Shown piece after piece: positions 1-10,068 of a stretch of DNA of 64,000 nucleotides. The translations under genes and the position numbers were made by a program. Below the pieces are notes generated by a model, which made no database searches, was not told the origin of the DNA, and saw only the letters and a list, made by a program, of their open reading frames with translations. This DNA is from Candidatus Yanofskybacteria bacterium RIFCSPHIGHO2_02_FULL_43_17 (GTDB lineage Bacteria; Patescibacteriota; Minisyncoccia; 2-02-FULL-40-12; GWA2-44-9), in contig MGJU01000013.1 in assembly GCA_001794435.1 (NCBI GenBank), positions 90,256 to 154,255 of the forward strand, in the 5' to 3' direction. Positions within the stretch are counted from its first letter, which is position 1. Every line of letters begins with the position of its first letter.

Positions 1-297
1 ATCACACCAGATATTCTTGACGCTATTATTTTTAAATATTTCTAATGCAAATTCTTCTACCTTCGCCACGGAATCATTTTTATCGCAAAGTGGATCAGAC
101 CAAATTCGCCATTCTTCCGAATAACGATGAGTTAACAGTCCTGATCCGTCCTCGAATTCAACAAAAATAGGTATTCCGTCGGAAGATATTATACTGCAAG
201 CCCACCAATCTAAATTATGATCGGATGTCCAACCGAAACGCTCAATGCTTTTCAGCACTCTCGCTCGCTCTTTTTCTAAGTCCTCGTAAAACTTCAA
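1..297 (-). CDS. Partial CDS running off the left edge; hypothetical, weak resemblance to DUF2156/MprF-like GNAT domain proteins
   Basis: Manual translation gives an open frame from TTG at 297: LKFYEDLEKERARVLKSIERFGWTSDHNLDWW...RIWSDPLC...KNIWCD. Start is uncertain and the family call is weak. Confidence 0.5.
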   Translation of the reverse strand, partial: MKFYEDLEKERARVLKSIERFGWTSDHNLDWWACSIISSDGIPIFVEFEDGSGLLTHRYSEEWRIWSDPLCDKNDSVAKVEEFALEIFKNNSVKNIWCD

Positions 298-303
298 GTG
301 TGT

Positions 304-347
304 TATTGATTTATAAATAATGCGTACGCAAGGTTTATAAATCAATA
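304..347. repeat. Intergenic inverted repeat (14-bp perfect arms, palindromic core)
   Basis: TATTGATTTATAAA (304-317) / TTTATAAATCAATA (334-347) around TGCGTACGCA. Confidence 0.8.
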
Positions 348-2021
348 TTATCTCGTTATATCGGCTCCGATTTTGTAGGTATTAAGTTCCAGATCGTTAA
401 TAATAAATATCGCTCCCCAGTCGCGGCCGGAGGCCTCCCATTGCTGGGGCGTAATGTTGAGCCAGTGCTTCGTACCATCAGGCCAGACGGCATAGACCCT
501 CTCGTCGTTTACATATCTAACGTAGTTTGCGGTTGTATAAGAATGAAAGGTCGTCTCATCAACTTCTATCGCTTTGACGGCATTCAAGTGACCATAAAGA
601 GCGATTATTTCCGGCCTTAAATATCGCTTATATTTTCCCTCGATGACATATGTTTCATTTTCGGTTGCTTTTTTAATCAGCGCTCCGTCTTTGATTATTG
701 AACCAAAATCAACACCCAACGGTTTATCCATAAAAGAAACGGTAAGACGCCCGCCAGACTCGCTCTCCACCAAACCAAAACCCTCTGTTTTATAAGAATT
801 AACAGGAAATATAAAGAAATAATCCAAACCACCGGGATTGGTAACGTAAAAATCCCCTTCTAAAATTGCGGAACGACCTAAATTGTCGGCGTAAACAAAC
901 TTGAGACCAGGTTCCGGAAACAGTTTGATCACCTTATCGTTTGCTAAACCGTTGGCATAAATTTTGTGGCCATATGGCTGCCAAGGTTTTAATAAATAAT
1001 CAAAAACACTGGAATCCGAAAACGACAGTACGGTTATCCTCTGCGGTACTGCTTTGAGATTCTTAAGTTCCGCCCTCGCATAACCGAATTTGGATTCCAA
1101 GGATTCATTATTTACATAGCTGGCAATGAGCCAATTAGAAAATAGATTCGGAAACCTGTCCGGATTACCGCGAGCCGCAAGCGCCGCATCAATCGAAGAA
1201 ATTCCTGCAAGACCCAATTGAAGCGATTCTTTAAGTAGATCCTGGCCATATTCTTCTGCTATGTACTCGGCAAAAAGCGCAACCAAAGAATAATCCAACG
1301 ATACATTCGGCCACTCGGTCAAACTATCGGATGGATTGTTGAAAAAAGTGTTTGCCCTTCTTTCCAGGTTAGAACCGGCAAAAGAGTTGTTATATCCAAC
1401 CAAGGTCGTAGTGTACTCCGCCCGCAATTCATTCAGCCACACCTCTTCGCTGGCATTATCTGCCAGCTCTTTCTGGTTGAAAGATATCAAATGCTCGAAT
1501 TCGTGAGCCAAAAATGTTTTGGCATAAATACCGGCAACCGACTCAGCGTTCACGACCACCATTTCTCTTTCATTTGATTCGGAAGTCGATGTTTTCGGAT
1601 AACCGTTGGAGGTGCTGAAATATCCGCCATTCCCCGATTTTAGCTGTTCCAAAAGTATGGTTATTCTGTTGTCGCCATCAATACCCGGTTTGGCCTCATG
1701 CCCCCAGAATGAGGTTTCTAGCGGATATATTGTAATGTCAAATTCTTGAGCCAGCTGGGTTATCTCCGACAGAAGATTTTGTCTTTTGATGGCATCTAAA
1801 TCGTCCCAATAACTATCGTCCACATAAAAATAGGCGTTCTCGCCGATATGGCGCAGTGTGGCGGTCGCAGATGTCCGTCCGAGTTTGTCGAAGGTGCTGT
1901 TGGTGTTAAATCTGACATTCTGCCCCAGTACATCAGCCGACGCAATGGAAAACATAAAAAACGGCACAATTAATACCGCAAATAATATTACCGACAATCT
2001 TACTTTAACGATATTCTTCAC
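348..2021 (-). CDS. Secreted zinc metallopeptidase (M30/hyicolysin-like) with a C-terminal CPR-type surface domain
   Basis: N-terminal signal/TM segment; LAHEFEHLI (HExxH) followed by WLNELRAE; C-terminal DGALIK...YVIEGKYKR...VYAVWPDGTKHWL. Confidence 0.7.
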   Translation of the reverse strand: MKNIVKVRLSVILFAVLIVPFFMFSIASADVLGQNVRFNTNSTFDKLGRTSATATLRHIGENAYFYVDDSYWDDLDAIKRQNLLSEITQLAQEFDITIYPLETSFWGHEAKPGIDGDNRITILLEQLKSGNGGYFSTSNGYPKTSTSESNEREMVVVNAESVAGIYAKTFLAHEFEHLISFNQKELADNASEEVWLNELRAEYTTTLVGYNNSFAGSNLERRANTFFNNPSDSLTEWPNVSLDYSLVALFAEYIAEEYGQDLLKESLQLGLAGISSIDAALAARGNPDRFPNLFSNWLIASYVNNESLESKFGYARAELKNLKAVPQRITVLSFSDSSVFDYLLKPWQPYGHKIYANGLANDKVIKLFPEPGLKFVYADNLGRSAILEGDFYVTNPGGLDYFFIFPVNSYKTEGFGLVESESGGRLTVSFMDKPLGVDFGSIIKDGALIKKATENETYVIEGKYKRYLRPEIIALYGHLNAVKAIEVDETTFHSYTTANYVRYVNDERVYAVWPDGTKHWLNITPQQWEASGRDWGAIFIINDLELNTYKIGADITR

Positions 2022-2116
2022 TCAATTATTATAGCAGAATTTTGCAATTGACTAATTTTGATCGCTTTCAATCCTCGAAATTGCGTAATTACCCGTCAAA
2101 AAATTAAATTTGGCAA

Positions 2117-2141
2117 CCAAAAACCCCGCTAAAGCGGGGTT
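2117..2141 (-). terminator. Intrinsic terminator after the dehydrogenase gene
   Basis: AACCCCGCT-AA-AGCGGGGTT hairpin with a T tract on the minus strand. Confidence 0.7.
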
Positions 2142-3102
2142 ACTCTGTGTTCTTTTTCTTTTTTAATATGATTTCCTTGTCGTGTTTAGAAACATCTTCT
2201 ACTGTTAAATTCTGCGTTCCGAGAAGTCTGTTGTTATAGTCCCAAACTGATTCAAGAAATTGAAGCACCCCCGATAATCTTTTGTTTTCAGACGCCTTTA
2301 AGGGTTTAATCAAGCTCCTGCAAAATTCAGTAAATGCTCTTAGGTCTTTAGGGAAACAGTAACCGCCGAATCCCCGATATGACCCATGATTAACATCCAG
2401 CCACGCCGGGCCGATTCTGGGATCGGCACCAAGAGCGTCTCTGATATTTTCATAATTTACTTCCAAACCGCTAGATGTTCTGACGATGCCGCACACATCA
2501 TAGACCATGTTTCCGAAACTAACCTTAACCGCGCCAAATACATTCGAGGCGTATTTAATCACTTCCGCTTCCGTCGCAGTGTGCCCTCTGATCAGATATG
2601 TGGAAGCTAACCACGGACTTTGATAGTACGAAATCGGCAGCAAATTTAACACCGCCAAAGCAACATCTTTGCTTTGTTCGGTGTAAGCCACAATCTGTCG
2701 AACCGGCTTTAGAAAATCCTCCCATGCTTGTGATTCGGTAAGAAATTCCGGATTAAACAAGAACTTGTGCTGAGGAAATTTACCTTGAAACCTCTCGGTG
2801 GTCCCTGGTGGCACAGTTGATTTGATGACAATTATTTTCTCCCCCTTTATGCCGGCGACTACGTTTTCAACTATGGATATATTGCAGCTGCCATCAGGAT
2901 TGGGCGGAGTCGGAACAGAAACAAACACAATATCAGCCAAGTTGTAGTCGTCAAAATAGCCCTTGGTCGGATCAGCGTCATAACAGAAAAGATCGACTCC
3001 GCGCTTAAATCCTCTTTTTTCCTCAAACCATCTCCGTATCGGCTCACCGACCATCCCTAAGCCAATTATTCCGATTTTCAAGCTACTAGCCTTCTCTGCC
3101 AT
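2140..3102 (-). CDS. UDP-glucose/GDP-mannose dehydrogenase family protein (short form, no C-terminal UDP-binding domain)
   Basis: GLGMVG, VPTP, KSTVPPGT, NPEFL, GFGGYCFPKD motifs; 320 aa. Confidence 0.85.
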   Translation of the reverse strand: MAEKASSLKIGIIGLGMVGEPIRRWFEEKRGFKRGVDLFCYDADPTKGYFDDYNLADIVFVSVPTPPNPDGSCNISIVENVVAGIKGEKIIVIKSTVPPGTTERFQGKFPQHKFLFNPEFLTESQAWEDFLKPVRQIVAYTEQSKDVALAVLNLLPISYYQSPWLASTYLIRGHTATEAEVIKYASNVFGAVKVSFGNMVYDVCGIVRTSSGLEVNYENIRDALGADPRIGPAWLDVNHGSYRGFGGYCFPKDLRAFTEFCRSLIKPLKASENKRLSGVLQFLESVWDYNNRLLGTQNLTVEDVSKHDKEIILKKKKNTE

Positions 3103-3211
3103 TAAAACCTACTTCGACTTTTTCGGTTTAAACAGAATAATACCACGCACAAATACTTCGACAAGAGATCTTTACTTTTTTCAATTTTTTGATAGAGTTT
3201 AGGTTAATCTA

Positions 3212-4573
3212 ATGAAGAAGTTTCTCTTATTCACATCCGACCTCGCCATCCTTTTCTGCTCTCTTTTGCTGACTCTGTATCTAAGATACGGACAAACATT
3301 TTCCGAAAAACTTGAATTCCACCTTGCGCCTTTTTCGCTAATTTTCGTCGTTTGGCTTATTGTTTTTTATATTGCCAATTTGTATGAGCCGGCAACGCTG
3401 AGAAACAATATCCATTTCTACTCCTCGCTTCTCCAGGCGATCATGGTTTCGTTGGTAATATCAATAGCATTCTTTTACCTGATTCCGGTCTTTAGCATCA
3501 CTCCGAAAACCAATCTGGCCATCTTCGCGGCAATTTTCACAGGACTTGGGTTCAGCGTAAGATTCGGCTTTAACAGAGTATTCGAGAAAAAATTCAAGAA
3601 ATCGGCGCTAATAGTCGGCTTGAATCAGCAGACACTGGAACTGGCCGGATTTATAAAAGAAAATCCGCAACTGGGATATGAGCTTAGGTGTGTAGTCGAT
3701 CTGGCGCCGGAAAAACCGGCTGGGGCTGAAGACGAATTTACAAAATTCGGTATTATCCAAGGACTGCACAATCTTGAGAAAACAATAAATAGCGAGGGAA
3801 TAGATGCGGTGGTGATCAGCCCCGACGCATATCAAACACCAGAAATAATAAATATTTTTTATAAATCTATCGGACAGAAGATATCATTCTTCAACCTAGC
3901 ATCGTTTTATGAACGGCTGACCGGCAAAGTGCCGCTGGGAGCCATAAACCAGATCTGGTTTCTGGAAAATCTCAGCGAAGGAAAGAAGCGGGGATATGAG
4001 ATAATAAAAAGAGTGTTTGATACCTTTTTTGCCGTCATTATTGGAATCGTTTCCCTTGTTCTGTATCCCTTCATTGTGCTGGCGGTTAAGACGAGTTCGG
4101 GTCCGATATTTTATAAACAAAAAAGGGTGGGCCAGGCGGGAAAGGTTTTTGAAATAATTAAGTTCAGAACAATGCGAAAGAATGCAGAGGAAAATACGGG
4201 CGCCGTATGGACCACCGAGAACGACCCTCGGATAACAAAAGCCGGCAACTTCTTAAGAAAAACTCGCCTAGACGAGCTTCCGCAGATTTGGAATATACTG
4301 AAAGGTGAAATGTCTTTTGTCGGCCCCAGGGCGGAGAGACCAGAATTTCACGACACACTGCAAAAGAACGTACCGTTTTACGAAGAAAGATATCTGACCA
4401 AACCGGGCCTCACAGGCTGGGCACAAATCAATTTCCACTACGGCTCCTCTATAAAAGATGCCGCTGAAAAATTAAAATATGATCTTTACTACATAAAAAA
4501 CCGCTCACTTCTATTAGATCTCGGGGTAATCTTGAAAACCGTTCGAATTGCCCTTAAACAAGCCGGGAGATAA
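3212..4573 (+). CDS. Polyprenyl glycosylphosphotransferase (WcaJ/WbaP-type priming sugar transferase)
   Basis: N-terminal TMs; KFRTM, DPRIT, RLDELPQ, GEMSFVGPR, KPGLTGWAQ, YDLYY. Confidence 0.93.
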   Translation: MKKFLLFTSDLAILFCSLLLTLYLRYGQTFSEKLEFHLAPFSLIFVVWLIVFYIANLYEPATLRNNIHFYSSLLQAIMVSLVISIAFFYLIPVFSITPKTNLAIFAAIFTGLGFSVRFGFNRVFEKKFKKSALIVGLNQQTLELAGFIKENPQLGYELRCVVDLAPEKPAGAEDEFTKFGIIQGLHNLEKTINSEGIDAVVISPDAYQTPEIINIFYKSIGQKISFFNLASFYERLTGKVPLGAINQIWFLENLSEGKKRGYEIIKRVFDTFFAVIIGIVSLVLYPFIVLAVKTSSGPIFYKQKRVGQAGKVFEIIKFRTMRKNAEENTGAVWTTENDPRITKAGNFLRKTRLDELPQIWNILKGEMSFVGPRAERPEFHDTLQKNVPFYEERYLTKPGLTGWAQINFHYGSSIKDAAEKLKYDLYYIKNRSLLLDLGVILKTVRIALKQAGR

Positions 4574-4582
4574 AAATCAGTA

Positions 4583-5299
4583 TTAACGACTAAGTCGTAA
4601 TCGCCACGGCAGCCAGATCGCTTCCCAAATTATTTTGGACGACATTTTTGACTGGCCTTCTCTACGCTCACTGAACAATATGGGATACTCGATAGCGTCG
4701 CAACCGGCCCGGAAAAGCCGGTATTTCAGTTCCACTAAAAACGCGTAGCCGTCTGAGTTTATATAATTCAGATCTATTTTCCTCAAAACATCCGCTCGAT
4801 AAGCGTTAAAACCAGTCGTGGCGTCCATAATGGGAAGCCTTAAGATCATTTTAACATAAAGATTGGCAAACTTGCTCAATATTTGTCTGACAAAACTCCA
4901 ATTCTTAACTCCCCCGCCCTGAACATAACGGGATCCGATAGAAACGCTGTAGTTCTCCAGATTTTTTAGCAGAGCAGGCACAACATTAAAATCATGAGAA
5001 AAATCGGCATCCATGGTCACAAGAAAATCATAATCTCTTTCAAGCGTCCACCTAAACCCGTCTATGCTTGAACGTCCATAACCGTAATTTGATGTTCGCG
5101 TAAGAATAAAAAGGTTGCCATAATTGTGTTTTAATTTTTCAACCAGTTCTTGAGTGCCGTCGCTTGAATTATCGTCAACGACCAGAACCGAAATATCCGG
5201 CATCAAACCAAAAAGCGCCGGAATTAACTTTTCAAGATTTTCCCTCTCGTTAAGAGTTGGGATTAAAATTATGCTTCGTGAATAATTGCTCATATACAA
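4583..5299 (-). CDS. Polyprenol monophosphomannose synthase-like GT2 (DPM1-like)
   Basis: IPTLNE, VDDNSSDGT, MDADFSH, GSRYV, DATTGF, ERREGQSKM. Confidence 0.9.
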   Translation of the reverse strand: MYMSNYSRSIILIPTLNERENLEKLIPALFGLMPDISVLVVDDNSSDGTQELVEKLKHNYGNLFILTRTSNYGYGRSSIDGFRWTLERDYDFLVTMDADFSHDFNVVPALLKNLENYSVSIGSRYVQGGGVKNWSFVRQILSKFANLYVKMILRLPIMDATTGFNAYRADVLRKIDLNYINSDGYAFLVELKYRLFRAGCDAIEYPILFSERREGQSKMSSKIIWEAIWLPWRLRLSR

Positions 5300-6374
5300 A
5301 CACGGCTATTCCCAAATAAAAGGGGGTCATATAAATCCACACATTCGACCAATAATTATTGCCGAAAAAATTCCATATGGGCAGGAAAACTGTAATTGAG
5401 TCGGCAAGAAATACAAACATTGCCCATTTATGCTTCATTATAAAAGGTATGGCGGCCAGAGATATCAGGGTTGTTGCCGGCAATAAGTATTTAGAAAAAG
5501 AAAAGGCCATAAAACTTAAAAGCAAAAAATTAAGAAAAATGGAATAGATAAAAACTTCTCTGTATTTGAAAGTTCTGTCCCGCCACAGCATCCAAAGCCC
5601 GACCATAATTAAAAACGGTGAAACCATAATTTTTCTGTAAGCTAAAAATAGATTTGCCGCAATTCTTAATGGTCCTTTAATGCTGATAACAAAACTTTCA
5701 ACCAGCGGGGGCGGATTGCCTGTGTCAAACGGCCCTTGATATGAATTAATGGCCGCATTGTTAATGGGATGGCCGACTTGAATATAACTAGTGGCAAGAT
5801 ACAAAAAGCCGATAGACAAACCGACGGCAAGGAAAATAAAAGTTTTTTTCCTCCAAATTTCACGCGCAAATAAAGGCGCAAGGGTCAAAGCAAACGGCTT
5901 CACGATTCCGCCAAATACCCAAGCCAGAGGTGTCCAAGATCGTTTATTAATACTCCCATAAATAATAAGGAGTATAAAAAACAAAAGAGCCGCTTCCTGG
6001 AAACCTCTCATTAGGGTCGTATACGGATATGGGGTTAATAAAAATATGATCAGACCGTAAACGCCCGCCTTGTTGCTGTTAAAAATATCTCTCGCAGTCA
6101 GGTAAACCAGTGGTAATGATAAAAGCACTAAAACCATTGAAGTATAAACAATCGCCAAATTGCTCCCTGTAATCCAAAAAATTGGAACCGATATGATTGA
6201 AAGCCCCTGAAATCCGTAAAACGACTTAAAATCAACTACGCCCCTAGCTAAACTTTCAGTAAAACCTTCGTAGTGAAAACCATCATCGGCAAGTTTGGGC
6301 TGGCCAAGGTAAAAATAAATAACCATTATCAACACGACGGACAAAATCAGTAATTTGTGTTTTCTGTCTGTCAT
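5250..6374 (-). CDS. Multi-TM GT-C-fold glycosyltransferase-like membrane protein
   Basis: DD motif after the first TM, ~10 TMs, next to a DPM-like GT2. Confidence 0.6.
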   Translation of the reverse strand: MTDRKHKLLILSVVLIMVIYFYLGQPKLADDGFHYEGFTESLARGVVDFKSFYGFQGLSIISVPIFWITGSNLAIVYTSMVLVLLSLPLVYLTARDIFNSNKAGVYGLIIFLLTPYPYTTLMRGFQEAALLFFILLIIYGSINKRSWTPLAWVFGGIVKPFALTLAPLFAREIWRKKTFIFLAVGLSIGFLYLATSYIQVGHPINNAAINSYQGPFDTGNPPPLVESFVISIKGPLRIAANLFLAYRKIMVSPFLIMVGLWMLWRDRTFKYREVFIYSIFLNFLLLSFMAFSFSKYLLPATTLISLAAIPFIMKHKWAMFVFLADSITVFLPIWNFFGNNYWSNVWIYMTPFYLGIAVFVYEQLFTKHNFNPNS

Positions 6375-6375
6375 T

Positions 6376-7446
6376 TTAAAACGGCCCCTTAAATTTGTTT
6401 TCCCAGGTATGAAACTTTTCTTTGCTTAGATCTGCCCTATTTAAGCCCAGTTTGGTTTCTACTGCGCGAATAATGTCAGTCGCGTTAGGGTAAAACAAGT
6501 TTTCCAACGGCCTAGTTGTAGGACACGGCGTTGGCGCAAAACCTATTCTCGTCACAGGCGACTTTAATTTCCCAAAACATTTTTCAGAAACACGGGAAGC
6601 AACTTCGGCGCTAAAACCGCAATTAAGCCAGTCGTAATCAGCTACGATACAATGGCCTGTTTTATTTACTGACTTAACAATTAACTGCTCATCTAACGGG
6701 TAGATCGTTCTGGGGTCTATGATCTCTATATTAACCCCCTTTTTGGCCAAAACAGTGGCGGCGTCATAAGCCTCCACGTTCATCCAAGAAGTTGCTACAA
6801 CGGTTATATCTGCGCCTCTTTTAAGAACACGGCCTTTCCCTATTGGTACAGTATAAAGATTTTTGGGAACATGGTCTTCAATCCAATACAGCCACCTGTT
6901 TTCCAAACATATAACAGGATTGTTGTCTCTTATGGCAGAAATTATTAATCCTTTTGCATCATAGGGTGTTGTGGGCATTATTACTTTTAATCCAGGAATA
7001 TGGGCAAAAAGCGATTGCAAACTTTTACTATGCTGGTAACCTTGGCCCCAACCGCGGCCTATAACCGCTCGTACTACCAGCGGTACGGAAATTTTGCCAT
7101 TACTGCCATACCTTAAAGAAGAAGCAATGTTAACCAACTGGTTCATGGCAAGTAATAAAAACTCTACCCTAATATGGACATTCACCGGACGAAGGCCGTT
7201 TAAAGCCGCTCCTATTCCAAAACCCATTAAAGCGTCTTCAGACAAAGGGGTGCTGAAACATCGTGAACCCCCAAATCTTTTTGCCAATCCGGCCGTTGAA
7301 CCGAAAATTGATTTGTGGTCAGCCACGTCTAATCCATAGATAAAAACCCTGGCATCCCTTTCCATTTCCTGATGAAGAGCTTCGTTGATGGCCTGCTGAT
7401 AACTTATTTTTCTTTTATTTTTCCTTTTCATTTTCATAAACTCCAA
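6376..7446 (-). CDS. TPP-dependent 2-oxoacid dehydrogenase E1 beta-like subunit
   Basis: TPLSE, G(L)RPV, QHS, PGLKV..P..PYDAKG, IDPRTIYPLD; the true start may be a downstream Met. Confidence 0.9.
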   Translation of the reverse strand: MEFMKMKRKNKRKISYQQAINEALHQEMERDARVFIYGLDVADHKSIFGSTAGLAKRFGGSRCFSTPLSEDALMGFGIGAALNGLRPVNVHIRVEFLLLAMNQLVNIASSLRYGSNGKISVPLVVRAVIGRGWGQGYQHSKSLQSLFAHIPGLKVIMPTTPYDAKGLIISAIRDNNPVICLENRWLYWIEDHVPKNLYTVPIGKGRVLKRGADITVVATSWMNVEAYDAATVLAKKGVNIEIIDPRTIYPLDEQLIVKSVNKTGHCIVADYDWLNCGFSAEVASRVSEKCFGKLKSPVTRIGFAPTPCPTTRPLENLFYPNATDIIRAVETKLGLNRADLSKEKFHTWENKFKGPF

Positions 7447-8452
7447 AATAAAGCCGTTTAGGATTCGGGAGTGTATCAGTTTTGGCTTGAGAAACGGCTT
7501 TGTTTATTTTATCCAATATTTCTTGTTCTAATTTTAATATTCTGCTTACCAACCCCAATTTTACCAACTTATCTCTTTGCATTTTTACCGGATCCTTCCG
7601 GTGCCATTTTAAAAACTCATTTTTATCACGATAACCGGCGCTGAAATCTTCCTCTGTGCCGACATGCTCAAGATAGCGATAATATTTCAAAGCTAAAAAA
7701 ATTGGTCCGTTATCAAGGCGTTTTAAGGATGATCTCACCAGCTGAAAAATTTCTTCAACATCGGCGCCGCTATATTCAACAACCTGATATCCAAAACTTT
7801 TGACGACTTGCGCAATATTTTTATAGCTATGCCTCAAAGATGCCGGCGTATGTATGGCAAAACCGTTGTCCTCATATACGAACAGGACCGGCAACTTCCA
7901 GAGCGAAGCCATATTAATACTTTCCCAAAAAACGCCTTCATCAACCGCTCCGTCTCCAAAAAAAGCAACCGCTATTTTTTTGTTTTTAAAATGACGGTTC
8001 GCAAAAGCAGCTCCGAGAGCGGAAGGAATATTTGTACCGACCACCGCCGAACTGAACATGACCCCCTTATCAGGATCAGCTAAATGCATTGAACCGCCTT
8101 TTCCTCCTCCAGATCCGGAATCCTTGCCGTATAATTCAGCAAAAAAACCTTTAATATCCTCCGTAGATGATAAATAAACAGCATGAGTCCTGTAGGTGCT
8201 AAAAATCTGCGCCCTCTGGCCTAAAGCCGTACAAACTCCAGCAGCAATTGCCTCCTCGCCCATAGACATATGCATGGGGGTTTTCATTTCATCATTCTTA
8301 TATTCTTCCTGAATTTTTTCTTCAGCCTTTCTGGACAAAAACATCTTCCTGTAAAGAATAAGTTTTGTAGCTAACGATAACTTTTTCGATTCTGTTTTTT
8401 TAAAATCGAGAGCTGGTTTTTTCTTATTTTTAGAAACAGAGCGCATGTTCAT
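7415..8452 (-). CDS. TPP-dependent 2-oxoacid dehydrogenase E1 alpha-like subunit
   Basis: HMSMGEEA, STYRTH, GKGGSMH, FGDGA...N TPP-binding motif, YRYLEH. Confidence 0.9.
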   Translation of the reverse strand: MNMRSVSKNKKKPALDFKKTESKKLSLATKLILYRKMFLSRKAEEKIQEEYKNDEMKTPMHMSMGEEAIAAGVCTALGQRAQIFSTYRTHAVYLSSTEDIKGFFAELYGKDSGSGGGKGGSMHLADPDKGVMFSSAVVGTNIPSALGAAFANRHFKNKKIAVAFFGDGAVDEGVFWESINMASLWKLPVLFVYEDNGFAIHTPASLRHSYKNIAQVVKSFGYQVVEYSGADVEEIFQLVRSSLKRLDNGPIFLALKYYRYLEHVGTEEDFSAGYRDKNEFLKWHRKDPVKMQRDKLVKLGLVSRILKLEQEILDKINKAVSQAKTDTLPNPKRLYFGVYENEKEK

Positions 8453-8542
8453 ATCAGATTATGATAATTTAAACAGCTAAAACTAGCAACCCGTATTGTA
8501 TGTTATTAAATTTTTGGTATATACTGATTCAAACTCCACAAA

Positions 8543-9253
8543 ATGAATAAGGCCAAAAAAATCATCCACAGAATCGGTGTAAGTGAAAATCCGATTCTAC
8601 AAATAGTAACTCGTCTTCTTAGCTGGCCAGTTAAGTTTGGACAATTTCAACTGCTGAAGATAAACAAAGACAAAGAAGCCGTCGATTTGGTCCAAAGAAT
8701 ACAAAGAGACGGAAATTCGCTGATGTGGCCGGCTGAAATGATCCAGTTATATTTTTCAGTTTTTGCAACCAAAAAACTGCCCGGCGACCTTGCCGAAGTC
8801 GGCGTTTATGCAGGCAGATCGGCTAGATTAATTCGCGAGGTTAGTCCGAACAAAGCGCTTCATCTTTTTGATACATTCGAGGGATTGCCCAAACCAACAT
8901 CTATGGATAACAGTACTTGGCATGAACATATGCTGGCCATAGATCTCGCCTCCGTAAAAAAATACCTGGCCAACTACCAAAATATCAATTTTTACCTTGG
9001 CACATTCCCGGAAACCGCAAAACCGATAGAAGATAGGACGTTTTCGTTTGTTCACTTTGACGTTGATCTGCACCAAAGCACCCTGGAATGCTTAAAATTC
9101 TTCTATCCCAGAATGGTAAAAAGGGGTATAATGATTTCGCATGATTATTCCAATCTGGCTGGAGTTAAAAAGGCCTTTGACGAATTTTTTAAAGATAAAG
9201 ACGAATCAGTTATTGAACTTTCAACCAGTCAGTGTATAGTTATAAAATCATGA
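8543..9253 (+). CDS. TylF/MycF/NovP-family O-methyltransferase
   Basis: GDLAEVGVYAG, FDTFEG, GTFPET, HFDVD, HDY. Confidence 0.88.
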   Translation: MNKAKKIIHRIGVSENPILQIVTRLLSWPVKFGQFQLLKINKDKEAVDLVQRIQRDGNSLMWPAEMIQLYFSVFATKKLPGDLAEVGVYAGRSARLIREVSPNKALHLFDTFEGLPKPTSMDNSTWHEHMLAIDLASVKKYLANYQNINFYLGTFPETAKPIEDRTFSFVHFDVDLHQSTLECLKFFYPRMVKRGIMISHDYSNLAGVKKAFDEFFKDKDESVIELSTSQCIVIKS

Positions 9254-9933
9254 AAGTAGTTTTAATCGCTCCCACAATTAATGAAGTTGAAGGACTTCGA
9301 TGGACACTCCCTCGTTTGGATAAGAATATTATCAACGAGATTATTGTTGCCGATCGAAATTCTACTGATGGAACAGTAGAATACTGCAAAGAAAATGGCT
9401 ATCGCGTATACCACCAACAAAGCAGAGGTTATGGCAATGCGGTCATGGAAGTAATAGCCATGACTGACTCTGACATAATAGTAGAATTATGCCCCGACGG
9501 CAGTTCTATACCGGAAAGGGTTCCTGATTTAATTGCCAAAATAAATGAAGGGTATGATTTAGTTGTTGCTTCACGTTACAAAGACGGCGCCAAAAGTTAC
9601 GACGATGACGCAATAACTCGTCTTGGTAATTGGTTCTTCACAAAATTAATCAATATTTTGTTCCATGCCCGTTATACTGATGTTCTGGTGGGATTCAGGG
9701 CCTATAGGCGTTCAGCTTATAACAGCATCGGAATGAACACTCCTGCATGGGCTTGGACAGCCCAGCAGGCAATTCAATTTGCAAAAGCCGGTCTCAAGGT
9801 CGCCGAAATAGGAGTTGATGAGCCGGCCAGAATCGGCGGCAAACGCAAAATGAGTCCTTTCAAATCTGGCATGGAAATACTCCGCGTAATTATCAAAGAA
9901 TTTCTTGCCGGAAAAAGGTTCGCCAAGGTTTAG
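9250..9933 (+). CDS. Glycosyltransferase family 2
   Basis: PTINEVEG, STDGT, GYG, ASRY, TDVLVGFRAYR; ATG at 9250 overlaps the upstream TGA. Confidence 0.88.
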   Translation: MKVVLIAPTINEVEGLRWTLPRLDKNIINEIIVADRNSTDGTVEYCKENGYRVYHQQSRGYGNAVMEVIAMTDSDIIVELCPDGSSIPERVPDLIAKINEGYDLVVASRYKDGAKSYDDDAITRLGNWFFTKLINILFHARYTDVLVGFRAYRRSAYNSIGMNTPAWAWTAQQAIQFAKAGLKVAEIGVDEPARIGGKRKMSPFKSGMEILRVIIKEFLAGKRFAKV

Positions 9934-9967
9934 TTTAAATACTCATCCCTCCCCAAAAACGTAAAAG

Positions 9968-9996
9968 TTGACAAATATCAACACGCGTGCTATCTT
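9968..9996 (+). promoter_or_regulatory. sigma70 promoter
   Basis: TTGACA-17 nt-TATCTT with extended -10 TG. Confidence 0.75.
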
Positions 9997-10068
9997 ATAT
10001 TTTAATAGTCTGGCCTACCTCAAAAGGGAGCTAGCCCAGATTATTCCTTGACAAAAAGAGGGGGGAGG

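Noticed and set aside
2140-3102. UDP-glucose dehydrogenase as a pseudogene
   Set aside because: The catalytic GGYCFPKD motif is intact, there is a clean stop followed by a terminator, and no downstream remnant of the missing domain is present.
6376-8452. Housekeeping pyruvate dehydrogenase (pdhA/pdhB)
   Set aside because: There is no E2/E3 and the genes are embedded among glycosyltransferases, so symbols were withheld.
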